Below are positions 22,601-37,789 of a DNA stretch of 64,000 nt, one piece after another. Positions within the stretch are counted from its first letter, which is position 1, and every line of letters begins with the position of its first letter. The notes beneath the pieces were generated by a model, which did not search any database, was not told where the DNA came from, and saw only the letters and a list, made by a program, of their open reading frames with translations. Made by a program: the position numbers and the translations under genes. Origin of the DNA: Paragordius varius (taxonomy: Eukaryota > Animalia > Nematomorpha); the NCBI GenBank assembly GCA_964247055.1, contig OZ176051.1, positions 6,200,001 through 6,264,000 on the forward strand. Reading direction: 5' to 3'.

Positions 22601-25600
22601 GCGAAAAACAGGGATGGATGAAATGTTAAATTGTGCGGAAAATTGATTTTGCGACAAAAAAATTACAAATTACAATTTTTACGTTCTTTATATATGTAGA
22701 GTATGCGCAAGTAATTGTGCAATTTCAATTTCATTTTCCCTCTCATTGATTGATCATTCCTATTAAAAAATATATAATTTAAATTGAAAAAAAATTATCA
22801 TATCGTATCTCACACAAGAAATATATGCATGCGTTGATATAGATAATATATTTTTATACTCCTATATATTATTAAAATTTTTTTTCATTTTTCCATCATA
22901 TTCATGAGAGACCTCTTATTAAGTAACTAGTATGCAATAATCTTAAGTAAACCACTTTTATCGAGGACTTGATTCAATTCTTTTCACAAAATTTTGAAAA
23001 TTCCCAAAGACCCCAAAAGCCAAAAAGTGCTCTTGTATGAAGTGTACGACAAAATTTATTTTCTCCCAATTCCATGGAATAATATTTGGTATAATATATT
23101 TGTTTAGTTTATGAAAATTCATATTCTTTCGGTAATTTGTCTAACCTAAAAACTGAACATGGGCGCTCAACACAAATGACTTCACAAGCCGCATTTTTTA
23201 TTCAAAAAACCCGCCGCACACAAAATATATTAACACATGGGCATTAAGGCATATTAGACTAAAAAAGAGTGTTTTTTCAAAATAGTTTATAAAATAATGT
23301 TTTATCATAATTGTAACGAAAAATAGATGATGTTCAGAAAATAAATAAGAAATCGAATAAACTTATTATAATATTTTAATGGGTCAAATTTTTATCATTT
23401 TTATCAGTATTTTAATCATAATTTATAATTTTTAAAACTTTCCATGGATAATGAGCTTTTTAAATTATTAAATAAAAACAGAATGACAAGCATATGCGCT
23501 GTAAAATTAATTTAAAATTTAGGAGTATTCAATATCTTTGATGCATACAGGTAGAATTCTTAGTAGTCATAGGGGAAATTTTCTAGCCTAACTTTAATTC
23601 TATGCTAACTATATCACGCTAATTTTAGGGGGTCCTTATAATAACTAAAAGTTTTGTATTGCAAAAATTGTCAAAATATTGCGACAATACATGTTTTTCC
23701 CACACCTATAACTACATAATTATATTTTAATTAATTATGTTTTTTCTGTTAAGTATCCTTGTTCTTCTAAAATAATTATTAATTACATGTAAGATAGAAG
23801 TAAATGTATTATATGAGGTGTCAACTGGCTTTCTCTGACTTCGGAAACCATTAGATGTTAAAAATATCCGATTCTTGTCACACGTTATGCACATTAAGAT
23901 AAGTCATTTTATTTTCATAATTTACATACATGTACGAGATTGCACATTTTATTTCAAAGGATCTGAAGCAATTATTGATTATATCTGGACAATGTTATAC
24001 ATTTTTCAATTTTATCAAATCAGTGCTGAATTTTTCTGTTTTTTGTTCAAAAACTTTAAAAAATTGGCTCAAAGTTAAAAGATAATAATATATATTTAAG
24101 ACAATTTCGGACGGACTGGTTGTGTAGGCTTTGGTTTCTTTTTTCAAAAATTAATGGCCAAAATATTATATTGTAACTAAACCTCACAGTTAAAATCTTG
24201 AACATTAGTTTTTTAGATATTATTTGCATATCAAAATTAAATGAAAAATAGAGCAATGCATTGATAAAATTATCTAACCCATAAAAAAACGCCTCGTTTT
24301 AAAATTCTTTAATTTGAATCATCTAAAAATACGTTAATGATGAAGTTATGTAAGGTATAGACAAGATTGTTATTTTAGTGCTTTCTAAGAAACAAACTAT
24401 CACATCAACTCTTCTGAATTTTTAGTAAATTATAATCGACTTCAGTTAATGTATAAATTTATTAAAAGTAGGTTATGGCGGATATAATATCCACATTTCG
24501 ATTCGTTATCTGAAGCAATAAAATTTGGTACTTTCAGGAAAATATTTTAGGACATATATAAAATTTGTATTAAGGTGTTTAAGGTTAGGGTTTTAAGAGC
24601 CGACTGACTGTCACGTCCAACTCATATCTCAAATGTTATAAAAAATTATATTTAACAAAAAATATTTTTAAATAATTTATTAATATATCTTATTTATAAT
24701 AATACAAGATTAATGGATATTTTTTGAAATTAAATGTGAATTTTTATTTTATAGAGGCAAAATTCTTATTTTATAAAAATCTTATTTTTTGGTTATCACC
24801 AAAGTTATAGGTTATGTAACAGCTTTTTTTATCAATATTGATCTTTAAATATTTTAACCAGTCTTCGTTTTAAAAATTTAATAAAAAAATAAATTTATAT
24901 TCTGATCCAAAATATTTCTCCATCCATATATATAAAGAATCTAAAATTTATTACTTTTACTTTGATATTTGTATGTGAAAGTTTTATATGACAATTCATT
25001 ATTCCCCAAAGAGCTTTTGTGGATTCAGTTAGTTATATGTATAATTTGCAAATTATGCAAAAGATATATGTAATATTAAGTTTTTCATATATACATTGTT
25101 TTTGATATAATGTAACATCCAAAAAACAAATTTAATAAATAGATTGAGATAGCCTGCTTTATTTAAGCAATGATTTATCATGTAATGGCCATATAAATTT
25201 TGCTTAAAATTATCGATGATATAATCTATACTGTAATAATATTTGATGGGTTAGCAGAAAATTAATGATTGAAAAAACGTTATAATGAATCCAAAAAAAA
25301 TTTATTTATAGGGTTTAATTTGATGGTAATGAATGAATTTATGACCGTTACCGATTTCAATTTATTGTTAAATTTATGTTCATCAATATAAATTAATAGG
25401 GCGGTAGCATACATATCACATAGATATATAAATTTGAAATAAGGCTAATCTGTGCGGTTTTACGATTTCATGCTTTTATCAGGGGAAATGGATAACTCAC
25501 GCGTTATTTTTTAAGCTGATTATCAATAGTCCATAGGTTCCAGCAGTGATTTATGTTACAGACCGCATGAAGCCAATTTGTCACCAAGATACTTTTTATG

Positions 25601-25676
25601 GCCCTTAAAATTTCAATAACTGGTCACAATAAACTCTACATAACAAAAGTGAATGTTAATATAAAAATCTTTGCAG

Positions 25677-27240
25677 TTTTGTTATTTTGTTTTATAACAT
25701 TATAGTTACAACATTTTTCAAATGTCTTTCCTTCCTGAGTACAACGGCCAGCTTATGGAAACCAACATATAATATCACATCTTACACTGGTCACACAACA
25801 TATCTCAATTGCCATATACCTAATGACACCTATCACGATAATACAGTTACAAAATTAGAATATTTTTCGCAACTCTTTATTACTTATATAAATATACATA
25901 GATATCTTTAAAATATTTACATATATGCAGTAAAAATTGAATTATACGCACAAAACATAAAAACATATGGACAAATATTTTTTTAAAAAAGACCAACTTT
26001 ACTTTTACTAACCTTAAATTTTCCTAGAATTTTAAATAGATAATAATTGATTGTGTCAACAAACTCTATTTCATACTTGCATAATAAAAAAATATGTTAT
26101 ATTTGATAAAATCAAGTATATAAAACACCGCGAACTTTTTTTAAAAAATATTTGTCTCCATATTTTTAAATTTTGTCTTTATAATTTCAAATACATCCAG
26201 ATCTCATGGGTCAGGTTGGATAAGGATGGACGAAATTACATAATTTATATTGGAATTGAAAAGATTTTGGATGATCCGAGATTCAGCCTTCTGGATGAAA
26301 GGCAATCAGATTTAAAGCTAAAGATTGCATATACCAAGAAAAGTGATGAAGGCTTTTACGAATGCCAGTTATTACCAAATGTCGAGAAAAAAATTGCCAT
26401 AATATATAACTTAACCGTTTTGGATGGTATTCATTTTTTATTACTATATTTGTTATTCTGTGCGATCGATCAAATGAGTTTTCCGAAAACTAAAATAGTA
26501 GAAAAAATATTATAGTTATTTAAATATTATTTGACAGTTAAATTAAAAAAATTGCATCTGTTAATAAGGGTAACAGATCTGAAAAGATAAGGGTTACGCA
26601 TTTAATATCGGAGTGCATCGCAACATAAATTGTTATGGAGTTCTCTATTGAAAATTTAGGGAAACCCATTGGTCTTTATTATCCAGGTTTCCGTAGCCTT
26701 TCGAATATTTATGGGTGAAATATAAGCTTATATATTATGCATTTTATCATAATCTCTTTATTTGCAAATCAGCCATTATTAAAAATATTTTTTAGGTTCT
26801 AAATAAACCAAAGCTATAAAACCGTTTTAGGTCTGGCCTAACGACACTCGACCCATTTTTTTACTGATTTTAAATTTTGATGGTCATTATATTAAATTTA
26901 TCAAAAAATTTATATTCTACAATAAAATATGTTAGCCCAAAATTATTCTCAACTTCCTAAATCAGCCAGATTCGTAGCCAACGATATAACAGCAAGTAAA
27001 TATACTCTTGTAGAGATATATATATCTTTTTTAAATTTAATCGTTTAGATTTTGCCAGCAAAACGCATAAAAACCCTGTAATATATATTAATATTTGTGA
27101 TTATAGATTATGTTAAACGATCTCACACCTCATCCAGCAAAATAAAATATTCTACAATATTCAAATCGAAATGCATTCAAATATGTTCAAATTTGGTACT
27201 ATACCTAATCCTTTCCATAATAATTTCAATGAAAATTTGA
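25677..27240 (+). CDS. Dpr/zig-8-like Ig-domain cell-surface protein, probably GPI-anchored; first exon not located
   Basis: Exons 25677-25845 (hydrophobic leader..NITSYTGHTTYLNCHIP), 26201-26426 (ISWVR..DPRFSL..LKLKIAYTKKSDEGFYECQL..YNLTVL), 27107-27240 (DYVKRSHTSSS..LVLYLILSIIISMKI*). Phases are compatible. Confidence 0.75.
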
Positions 27241-27975
27241 TAATATTTGAATTCTTCTATTTATTCATGGATTATTTAATAGTGACAATTAATTACCTAA
27301 ACATATCATATTGATACCGTATTAGTCTTAATAATATTATAGAAAATATATTTAATAAATATAACGAATGATATATAAATTAATGGTAAATTTGATTACC
27401 CAAAGCATGTAACTAGTGTATGATAGGTATTTATCTACAATTTACATCATTACATTTACTTAACGGGTTAGTTGGATTATTATTAATATTTCTTGTTTTA
27501 TAATATAGTACTATTCATTAAGTGTACAAATTATATATTCAAAATTTTGTTGTTCAGTTTATTAATCTGGTTTATTGGGTAAATTCTCATCAAATATTTT
27601 AAATTAATGCTTGTAATTTTTTTATAACAATGAATAAATGAACAGTTGCATTAAACTAGTATGATGTGAAGTTAAACCAAAAGTTTTCTTAATTTTAAAT
27701 AAGATATTTATTTGAATACACCAAATTATAACTAGGAACATCCCATTTGGAAATATAAAGAGAATTAATTTGATGAGATAGAAGATTGGCTTACCTTTAA
27801 AATAAATTAAAAAATAGGATATTTTATAGATTATTCAATGTTTTACGTTTGTCGGAGAGCTTATGAATCTGAAATCAACCCGTTTTTTTGTAAAAAATTA
27901 TTGTTGGAAAAGTAATATTCTGACTATCGCTTTTTAGATTCAATATTAAAAATTGTTTTATTTAATTTATTTATA

Positions 27976-30900
27976 TTATATTTTACGTATAGAAATAAAT
28001 AATTTTGATACTACAATCATTATATCCGAGAAATAATTATTTTTAACCAAGCGACTATTGCTTCATTATTTTTCGTTGCCAATGCAATATTTGTCATTAT
28101 AATTTCACGAGTTTGAGCGAAAGTACGTTTACTAATAATTCCTTGTTGAGCGAAACTGTCGAAAAAGGATTCATAATTTTTGAGCAGTTCAGGCGAATCA
28201 AATGCTAAAATATATTATAAGAATAAATATATATACAGTAAATTTACACTATTTGTGGCTTGATTTTTATGCGGTTAAAACAACTGGTCTGACCACCTAT
28301 AAATGCAGTTATTTGTGGTAAAAGAAGTTATCATTATTGCAGAACTAAGGAAAAAAATGAAATTAACTCTTAAAAATGATTTAAGTACTGTTAAAATATT
28401 ATAATAATAATAAATAAAATTAAAAAAAATATTTTTCATATATTAAATTTAAGTTTTTTTAATATTTTTAAAAGCTTGTGACAGGTAATATATGCCGAGT
28501 GACCAACACAAATGGCTTCGCGGGCTGCATTTTCTCAAAAGCACGGCAGGCCGCATTCAAAATATATATTGGAATTTATAAATAATTTATTCGATTTTAA
28601 TAAAATGCAAACCCAATATAATAATAATTTTTTCAAGTTCGGTGCCAATTGAATAGACTCATTAAGAAAATTGCGTAAGATATATCAATTTTACTAAAGT
28701 TTTGTGTGTATTTTTTCTCAAATTATGGATTTCCAAATATTCGCGGGAATTACGCGTGTTGGTCACCCCTGTTCTAAGCGGTCAGTAATAAATGCATTTA
28801 TAATCGGTAAGCCCGACCTTAATGGCTAATAATATGTTTCATGCTTATTTTGATTTTTGGTTAATGTGAGATGAAACATGTAAATTGAATAATGAAATAA
28901 AAAATATAACATACATTGACAAGCAGCTTTAACCAATCTATCGAGAGCCGGAGTTCCCTTCCCCAATACCTCAATGAACTTATTCCATTCCCCTGTAATA
29001 AGCTGCCAAATGCGTAGAAAAATAGAGGTTTGTGAGGATATACCAAGCGTTGTCAAAACTTTTATCATATCTTGTGATTTTATGTAATTGATAGGATCCG
29101 TGGTAGATAAACCATTACGTATGTAAGATAGCAATCTAACGCAAATAAACAAAACTTTTATGGGACACCAAATATAAAATGAAATGAATGGTGAAATTTG
29201 TAAAAAAAAATGTTTAAACCGCTTTAATAATACTCTCTTCAACAGGGGTATGCAACATAAATGGCTTAGCGAGTCGCTTTTTCAGCCCGAAAAATTGGCG
29301 GCCCACATTAAAAATAAAAAATATAGATATAAATAAATATTTAAATTTACAGAAATGGGTCTGAAAAAATATTACAACCCTGATATATCTACTAATTATA
29401 ATTGTTTATTACGTTGATAATATTCGGAAAAATATAATTTAATCAAGCTCAATTAATTTTTATTATCCATTTCAGGTTTTCTTACTTATAAATTTTGAGT
29501 GGATGATTATTTTTACCTGTAAGAACTCATAGTACTTTGCGAAATCTAATTTAAGACTAATTGTTGGTATATATAGATATATAACGACCTTAAACTCTCA
29601 TTTAACCAAACATTAATGATAATTGTAAATAAAATATGTATAACTTCGAAAAGAACGAAACAAAAAATATTATATGAGAACCATATTTTTGTCCGTTTTC
29701 AATCTCTGCTGAAAAAATAAAATATATTGTATAAACTTATCAACCAAATCCAGGTTGGTTACAGAAGCGAGAGCATTCAAATAATTTAATTGCTGGGAAG
29801 GGGCTTGACTTGCTTTATAATTTTCCCAGATAAGATCCCAATCATCCTTTGTGCCATATAAAACGACCGCTTTAAGTATTGCTAATGATAAATCGGGATA
29901 GGGCTATACGTAATGTTTATTTGTATAAAATAAAATCATATATCTTTTATTTTATCAAAAATTTATTTTCTTTCGTTAAATGGGTATAAATATTGGTAAA
30001 GAATGGAAACAAGAGCTCTATGGTATTAACAATATCATATTCACTAAAAAGTATAAAAATTACCATAGGGCTCTTTTTACCAAATATTTATTCCCATTTA
30101 ACGGAAAAAATAAATTTTTGATAAAATAAAGGATACATGACTGTATTTAAAAGATAAATTAAATTGAGCAATATTACCAAATTAATTTGTTTGGTTGAGA
30201 GTGTACTTTGTTTAAATATGCTTTTTGCCCTATCGACTGTAGAGTTATGACCGAGTAAAACAGCCAATTCTATCGTTTTTACTTGAAGTAAACTATATTT
30301 ATATTTAAAAAATGGAAATAAAAAATTGTTAAAATAAGGAATAATTATTAAAATATTCAAACCTGTCGAGGTGTGAAAGATCACTATTATTTTTCCAGGG
30401 TTCAAATCGCACCAATAATTTATTTAACACTAATTCATAAATGAATGTCGATAAAAGTTTTTGAGGTACAAGCGAATCCTTATAGTTACGAAATTTGATA
30501 TATAGATTGGACAAAATTTCTAATACGCCTATGAGAGGCAATGGAGCTTGTTCTCCCTGTAAAATATCTATATGACAATAATATTAATTGACAATAAATT
30601 ATATTTTGAAAATATTAAGGTTTTAAAAATTAAAAGAATTGACCTAAATCGCCTTGACATTTTGGAAATGTGGGGTTTATATACAATATAAAATCCAGTA
30701 GTTCAGTGTAAGAATTGTACCCAAAACTAAAAAAATGGTGGAAAATGATAAAATATGCATAAAATTAAAAAATAATTAGATGGCCAAAAAATACTATTAA
30801 TTGTTTCAAACATGCCTATCGTTAATATTTTTTAAAGTTAAAACATGGATATATTTAACAAAATCTTTATGATATCAGTGGACATCTTATATATATTTTG

Positions 30901-33900
30901 TTTATTATTAAATGATAAAATATTTATGTTATAAAATTACTTTGCTAAACTCTTTAAATCATTGATCAGTTGTGATCTATCTAATTCAGTAATCACATTA
31001 ACATTGTGACACAAAGCTTGAAAAAGTGCTGTATTCAAATTAGGACCGTATTTTACAGAATAATAACCAGACTGATTTACGTTTGTTTTAATCCAATATC
31101 CCCCAAAAGATGTGTTTAAGATGTTTGAGGGTATTGGGAGAGTTGTTTCCTTTTTATCTATCCAGATAACCTAAAATAATTCACAATATATATAGTAAAT
31201 ATTGAAATTCTCAAGACAAAACGTAAAAATTAAGAGAAAAATATTTTCTTCAAAAGATAACCATACTTTGTAAACCTTATTTTTTTTCCTTTATATTCTA
31301 ATTAATTTTACAATCGTTAAATATTTATTTGACTGTGTTACCAATTTTTATCTCTCCATATTTTCAGTTTAAAACATAAGTTATAATCAAGTTTAAAAAA
31401 AAATGGTTGTCTTTATAAATGTTTTTTTCTATATTTTAGCAATTTATCTGTAAAATTTCAATTTTTACTGTGAGATTTAAAATTATAAAGTTACAATTTA
31501 GATTACCTTTGGAATTGTATTTTCGATTGAACTATCAATGGTTAAGGGTATATTCCATAAAGTTGTGCTTTTATCCTGGGATACATTCGCAAATTGATTT
31601 AAAAGTTTAGTTTGGTAAATTTTGAGACCCAAATTTGGTTGGTTGTTTGATAAATTTTTGGTGCTTATAATAGGTTCTGGATCAGATATGTAAACCAAAG
31701 GGAATCCTTTCTAATAAAATAATAATTGCGCTTTTTTATTTTGTATGTGGGAAACATAAAATTAAATTAAGTTCGTACTATGGATCATAAACAATCTATA
31801 GTATTTCCCCTAAAATATGAAAAAATAAAACATTTATAAAGTTTATATATTTTCAACTTTAAGGCCTTTTTTGATTTATTTCAATATACTAAAATGTTAA
31901 CGTATAATAAAAAATATTAATTAAATTTTAAATTCATGCCTGTTTAACCCATGTGTTCATAATAGTTTCAAGTGAAGGATTATCTTTTTGTTGGCCTATT
32001 ACTACGGCTAAAGATTTTTGTGCATTTTCTAATGATTTCCACAAATCCGTCGATTGGACATTACCATAAGCATTGTCATGCAAATAGGTCTGAATACCTT
32101 TAATTTAAATATAGGTTAAAAAGAACAGATTAATGCATTTTAAATAAAATTTATATATTAGATGCAGGGGTGGAAATTAAGTGTGTAACCATAACCAGGG
32201 TGGTTACTGAAGGCTTAGAAACAGATTTTTTATGGAACTGTAAATATTGTTAAAAAAATTCAATAATTAACCAGGGTAATTAACAAGATTTAAAATCGGT
32301 TTCTACTTGGATCTTTATTAGATTAGTTAATTTACGTGGTTTTGATTCCTACCAGTGATTAATCGACAGTAAAATTTATATACCCTTTCTAAAGACTTCT
32401 CTGGGAAGAATAAGTCCATCTAACATACGTATAACAAGAGCACCTTTACTATAAGCTATAGCGTCAAACATGGATTGCATATCGGATGGTTTAACAATAG
32501 GACTCGAACTTAAGGCATGTGAATCATTCAAGGAATCTAAGGGCATTGCAATGGCAAAGGTATCAAACACAAATTTTTCTGGCATTTCTGTAAAATATGT
32601 AATATATTAATAAATTTTATAAAAAATCCGGGGTATTAATAAAAATACAAATAAATAAAATTTATAGTTTAGAGTCTATTTTTTTATTAGAGGGTTAGGA
32701 CTTAAATTATATCCGGACTTGTGAAGGCTTTAAAACTTGCCTCCCCAGTGCTGACAGTGATGATGGTAAAAATTAATGATTAGTTAAATAGTTAAATAAT
32801 TTTCATCGATTCAATCTTAACGGAAGAATAAATTTAGATGAGTTTCTATACCTCTTTTTAATGGAATTTCCATAGTATAATCTATTTTTAATTATAGCGA
32901 ATAAATAAATTATTATTATTAAGTATAAAATTCTTTATTGATTAAATTTTATATATACATATTGACAACAAAAATTTTATAACATTTAAAAGTTATATAT
33001 TATCATAGAATTAAATCTAATAGATTATTTGATAATATTTGTTCGTCGATATAAAGACTTGTTTGACCCTTTTTGAAAAAAATACTATTATGGTTAAAGA
33101 TAATCTGATAAACATTTGCACACTGATATGGAAAAAACGAAACGCTTTTACAAAATTTCTTCTCGAGAATAAACGTAATTTGCCTTAATAATTACTCCAA
33201 TCTTTGAATATGAAATCGATACATATAGATTCCATGTAAGTGGCAAACCCTTCTTTGAGCCATACATCATCCCACCACGACATGGTTACTAAATTACCAA
33301 ACCACTAGAAAACAAAAAAAACGGTAGAAAAAATCACTAAAAAATAAAAAAAGGCCCTTTTTGTATTACAAACAAAACATGATAATAACTTATATTTTCA
33401 TGTCAATTTGGTAATAGGAGCAAATTAAAAAATACTGATTTTAAGCTTACAATCTTCTTTAACCCACGAAAATACCTTTTTATTTCCAATATTTTAGGAT
33501 TTATTCCTTAGATCTAAAAGCTATTCTTATATATTAAAATAAATTAGTAAATAATAATATTTTTTGAGAACCTGATGTGCCATTTCATGCGTTATAACTG
33601 TAGCGATTCGTTCCTTTTGTAATTCCGTTGTAAGGTTGGGTTTATACAATAAATCCGTCATGCTGTATGTTATAAGGCCCCAATTTTCCATCGCACCAAA
33701 AGCAAAATTTGGTATGCAAATCAAATCTACCATAGTTTTGATTTTATAAATTTTTTAGGATAAAATATATGATTTAAAACGTTGTTTTTTAGAAACTGTT
33801 TAGTCAAAAAATTTAATACCCAATTTAGGTAGCGGGAAAAGGATGCCAAAATATTCTTCGTAAAAATTTAGCGCGTTAACGGCAACGTGCATGGCAAAAG

Positions 33901-35878
33901 CAGTTTGATCAATTTGATCTCGAGGTGCGTATACACTCACCTATTTTTGAATATATTTATTTCATTGGTGTTAAAATCAAACAAAAATAAAATATAAAAG
34001 ATAAAAATTATTAAAAATAATGGATATTAATATATTAAGTCAAGTTTTACAGACAATTTAAATTCAAATTCAGTAAGAAATATTAAAACGCCAAATATAC
34101 TTTCACTCCATTTTGTGAGGTTTGCCTTATAGCTTCAAAATCGCAAATGACCCAAGCTACCAAGTAAGTACTCATTTTCACCGAAGTTTTGAAGTAATCT
34201 CTCTTTAGTATTGGGGATATTGGGCTAATATCTGTCCAATTATTGGGCATATTTGAAAGTGAAATTAGGGCATCGGGTCGATCGATTGCAATGGTGAAAA
34301 GTGCTTTAAACTCAGGTTCATCCATACAAGGAAAAGCCCGCCGTGCGAAATTTGGTGAGAATTGAGTTGAAATTATGTAACTAAAATTATACAACTACAC
34401 ATCAAAACCAGTAAGTAATATTCCCATATATATAATATTATTTACTAAATTTATGACACATCCAACAGGTTTTTTTTATTATTAAAGGAAAGAAGCAATG
34501 GAAGATATATTAACAAATTTTGCATTAATTGTTTCATACATTCTTTTCAAATTATTTTTTTTCTCTAAGCATTTTGATTACAAATCACAAAAATTTTAAT
34601 TTCATTTGCCATCACCAATAAAAATTCATCAATAAATTATTATGTAGGCAAAAAAAATACTGTTTTTGCCCACTAGAATCCGTATATGAACTCGAATATA
34701 GCCCATAGAAAGATTGACCAATTACACCCTCATACTCAATATTAAGGGTGTATTGAGCGCCTTGGTTAAGTACCGTAGTTTGTATTTGATTAGAAGCGTT
34801 AGCAGATTTATTATGGAGACCCCTTAAATTTATGCGAACCATTTCAAAATCGTCATCTTGATATGTTATCCACTCTGGTGCAATAATGAAAATAGAGCTG
34901 AGCTTATCATCAGTATTCTCAGCTAAGGTTACATTCCTAAAGCGTAAGCCTTTATTATTCAACATAATATCTGATGTATCATTCAGGACAGTAAATATCA
35001 ATGCAACCGTACCTATGTTAAAATATCGAAAGATAAGCTAATATAAACAAAAATATATTGCTAAATGAATGGCTTAAAGTTGGTTCGTTTTTTGTTTTTA
35101 GCTAATAACATAGTTTTTTACTGTTAATGCTATCTGTTATAGAAAATAGCTATATTATAAAGTTTTATAGACATCAATACCTTAAGTAAATTTCATTTTA
35201 AAATCAAATTGTCATATATATACCTTTAAATGAGTGTCCAATACGAGGCAATGTTGATATTATATCGGTCCAATCAGGACTTATCGTTATATTGTAACTA
35301 ATAAGTTGTAGGGTTTTTGGTAATCGATAGTTGGTACTTTCGAAAAAAGTGTCTGAATCTGACTGAATAACAAAACTTCCCATTTTTATAGATTGAAATA
35401 TTCCGTAAATGATGATGCATGCATAAAGCAGTGATAATAAAACCTATGGAAATAAATTTGTGTGAATAAGGTCAGAAAAAAAATATATCTATTATTGGTG
35501 ACCTAGAAAATGCAATAAAATCCTATTTCTATTATAAGGTATGATAAGCTAAACCCGTTAAAAAAACTAACAAACTGATACACGGCTAATTTTAAAGAAT
35601 TAACGATATTATTTTTATACAATTTGATTTACAAGTTTACAATGTATAAGTAAAAAGTCAATAAAATTGTTATGCCTGTTAAAATGCACTGGCGTATGTA
35701 TGAATGAGTTAATCCTGATTAATTAAATATGCAAAATTATTGTTGAATTTATGGAAAAATTTAATTGCAACCATTTTTGTAGTAAACATTTTGATGCTGG
35801 CTTAAGTCAATCGCCAAACAAACACAGTAGGGTATGGAAAAAAACAACAAAAATTACATTGTTTATTTCATTAAACAT
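27976..35878 (-). CDS. M1-family zinc aminopeptidase (aminopeptidase N-like), ~15 exons
   Basis: YRLPKT (35.3 kb), [40 protein letters not shown]|[21 protein letters not shown] (HEXXH-18-E), [19 protein letters not shown]-terminal exons at ~29.1-28.9 kb and ~28.2-28.0 kb. Confidence 0.92.
28495..28771 (+). mobile_element. hAT-like MITE (~280 bp) in an aminopeptidase intron
   Basis: Left GAGTGACCAACAC and right GTGTTGGTCACCCCTG are terminal inverted repeats. Related left ends (CA.GGG...CAACACAAATGG.TT.GCGGGC) occur at 23158, 29243 and 57014. Confidence 0.65.
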
Positions 35879-36342
35879 TTTATTTTTTCCATACACTACT
35901 GTGTGTTGCCAATTGACCAACTATAGTGCGAAATGAGCAACCATTAAAATGCATACTGTATTATTATTATACGCTACTGTATAATAAATTTGCACAAAAA
36001 CAATATATTTATTTTTCGCCAAAAGTAGATAGGACCCGTTTAAATAAATAGTTCGTATATCTGTAGTTTTTTTTTATTAAAAAATATAAAACTGATTCCT
36101 ATATCCTCGATTTTCGGCTTCATTAAAGATCTTAACGATTGCTTCTAACAACTAATAAATTGAAATCGGATTTCGTTTCTGTTTAAAAAGTATAAACAGA
36201 AAGTTATTTTTTGTTCTAATTTTCCCACTTAATAAATGAGCCCAGTTTTATTTTAACAATATTCAAATTATATGATAAAAACATTTCTAGCAATGAATAT
36301 GCAGTACACTTAACAAATTTTATCAGGTTGTAACCATATTAA

Positions 36343-36855
36343 CACTTGGGCACAACACATTCGTTTTAGCCCCCTGGTTCAAATTGGGGTCTTTGGTGAC
36401 CCCAGGCTTGTTTAAAATCAAACATTCCTAAAGATATGGAACAAATTGAAATCATTGCGATTGTTACCACTTAATCACCGAGTATTTTTTTATTTAAAAC
36501 AATTTTATATTATTTATTTCAGATAAACTTCAAAGTAAAAATTAGTCACCATGACATGTGTCCATTAGTTAAATAAAAAAACATTCTGTTTTTTATATCA
36601 AGGTTGGATATGAATAAAATAAAAAATTTAATTTTAGCGTTAGAATTAAATAAACAGATATTTCGCAAAATGTTGTAAAATTTAAATGCACATAACTTTC
36701 TTTCAAACTCAAATTTTATTTAGATATTATGGCTTATTCAATTTTTATTAGGACGGAAGCATAAATTTAATTTGGAAGCTTTTCTTTCAGTAGTTTTTTA
36801 AAGATATAAATTTAATTTAGTTTGGGGTCGAAGATTTTCCAACTTGTTTCGAAAG
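36343..36855 (+). mobile_element. Degenerate copy of the TTAA piggyBac-like MITE
   Basis: Starts TTAA-CACTTGGGCACAACACATT..TCAAATTGGGG and follows the family sequence through; the right end is decayed. Confidence 0.6.
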
Positions 36856-37789
36856 CGTTTTCAAAATTCAAAAATTAAATAAAGTTGGATTATAAACTTA
36901 AAGTTCATGCAAAAATTAAAATTAATAGCTTATAGAATATTCAAAAAATATAAAATATATTAGATATTCGATAAGTCTTAAATGTTATAATTAAATTTCA
37001 TATAAAACGCATAAGATGTTTTATAAATAAAAATAATACCGATTTCATAAAAGCGAATAATTATGTAATTTAAAAAATTTAAATTTAAAATTGGTGCATG
37101 AACATATAACATGTGTAGAAACTGACAATTAACACTTCATTACCTTTTTTTATTTTTGGTCCTAATTTACCATTTGAGGTTGTTTCATATCTATAGCTCC
37201 ATTTTGTAAATTAACAAAAATTAAAAGTTATTTTAGTTAAAATTTAATTATAAAACATTAATTGTTCTAATGTATCAGATGAAAAAGCTTATATTGTTTA
37301 AAGTTTTGTGATGTGACTTAGGAGTCATAGGGACAGCTTTAACACTTGATTACCTTTTCACGTTCTGTTCTAGTTTACTTGGGGTGGTTTTATATTCCAG
37401 AGCAGTATTTTGTAATTTTTTGTTAGTTGATATTAAGCATTGCACTCATTATATAGATAAAAAGGCTCCTATTTTTACAGTTTTAAGACTTCTAGAGAAG
37501 CGTCCCAAATTGGAACAGGTCGATTACAAGTAGATATTAAAATCAATATATATCAAGTTTTTGCCTAATTAGCCTCATTTAAAAATTAATTATTTACATT
37601 TTTTAACGATAATATTTATTTATATCCTGTTCGAGCGATTTTAACAATTCAGTTGAAATTGGGGTATCTCCGAGACGATATATAATTTGATATTTTCAAA
37701 AAACCACTTAAAGAAACGGTCTTAATTTAAATTTATCCTTCTATTCTTCGAAAAATTATATAAAAGCGCGGCTTAAAATTTAGACTTAA

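Noticed and set aside
13318-25600. Short ORFs of 60-90 aa in the 13-25 kb region (e.g. 16698, 18376, 19085, 23875, 24056)
   Set aside because: AT-rich F/I/K/L-biased chance ORFs, several with non-ATG starts, without recognisable motifs or convincing splice-phase partners.
29720-29760. Additional 28-nt intron in the aminopeptidase (GTTTATAC...TTTTCAG, minus strand)
   Set aside because: The same donor splices in the correct phase to the exon at ~29.14 kb (DK|LLSYIRNG), which fits the M1 alignment better.
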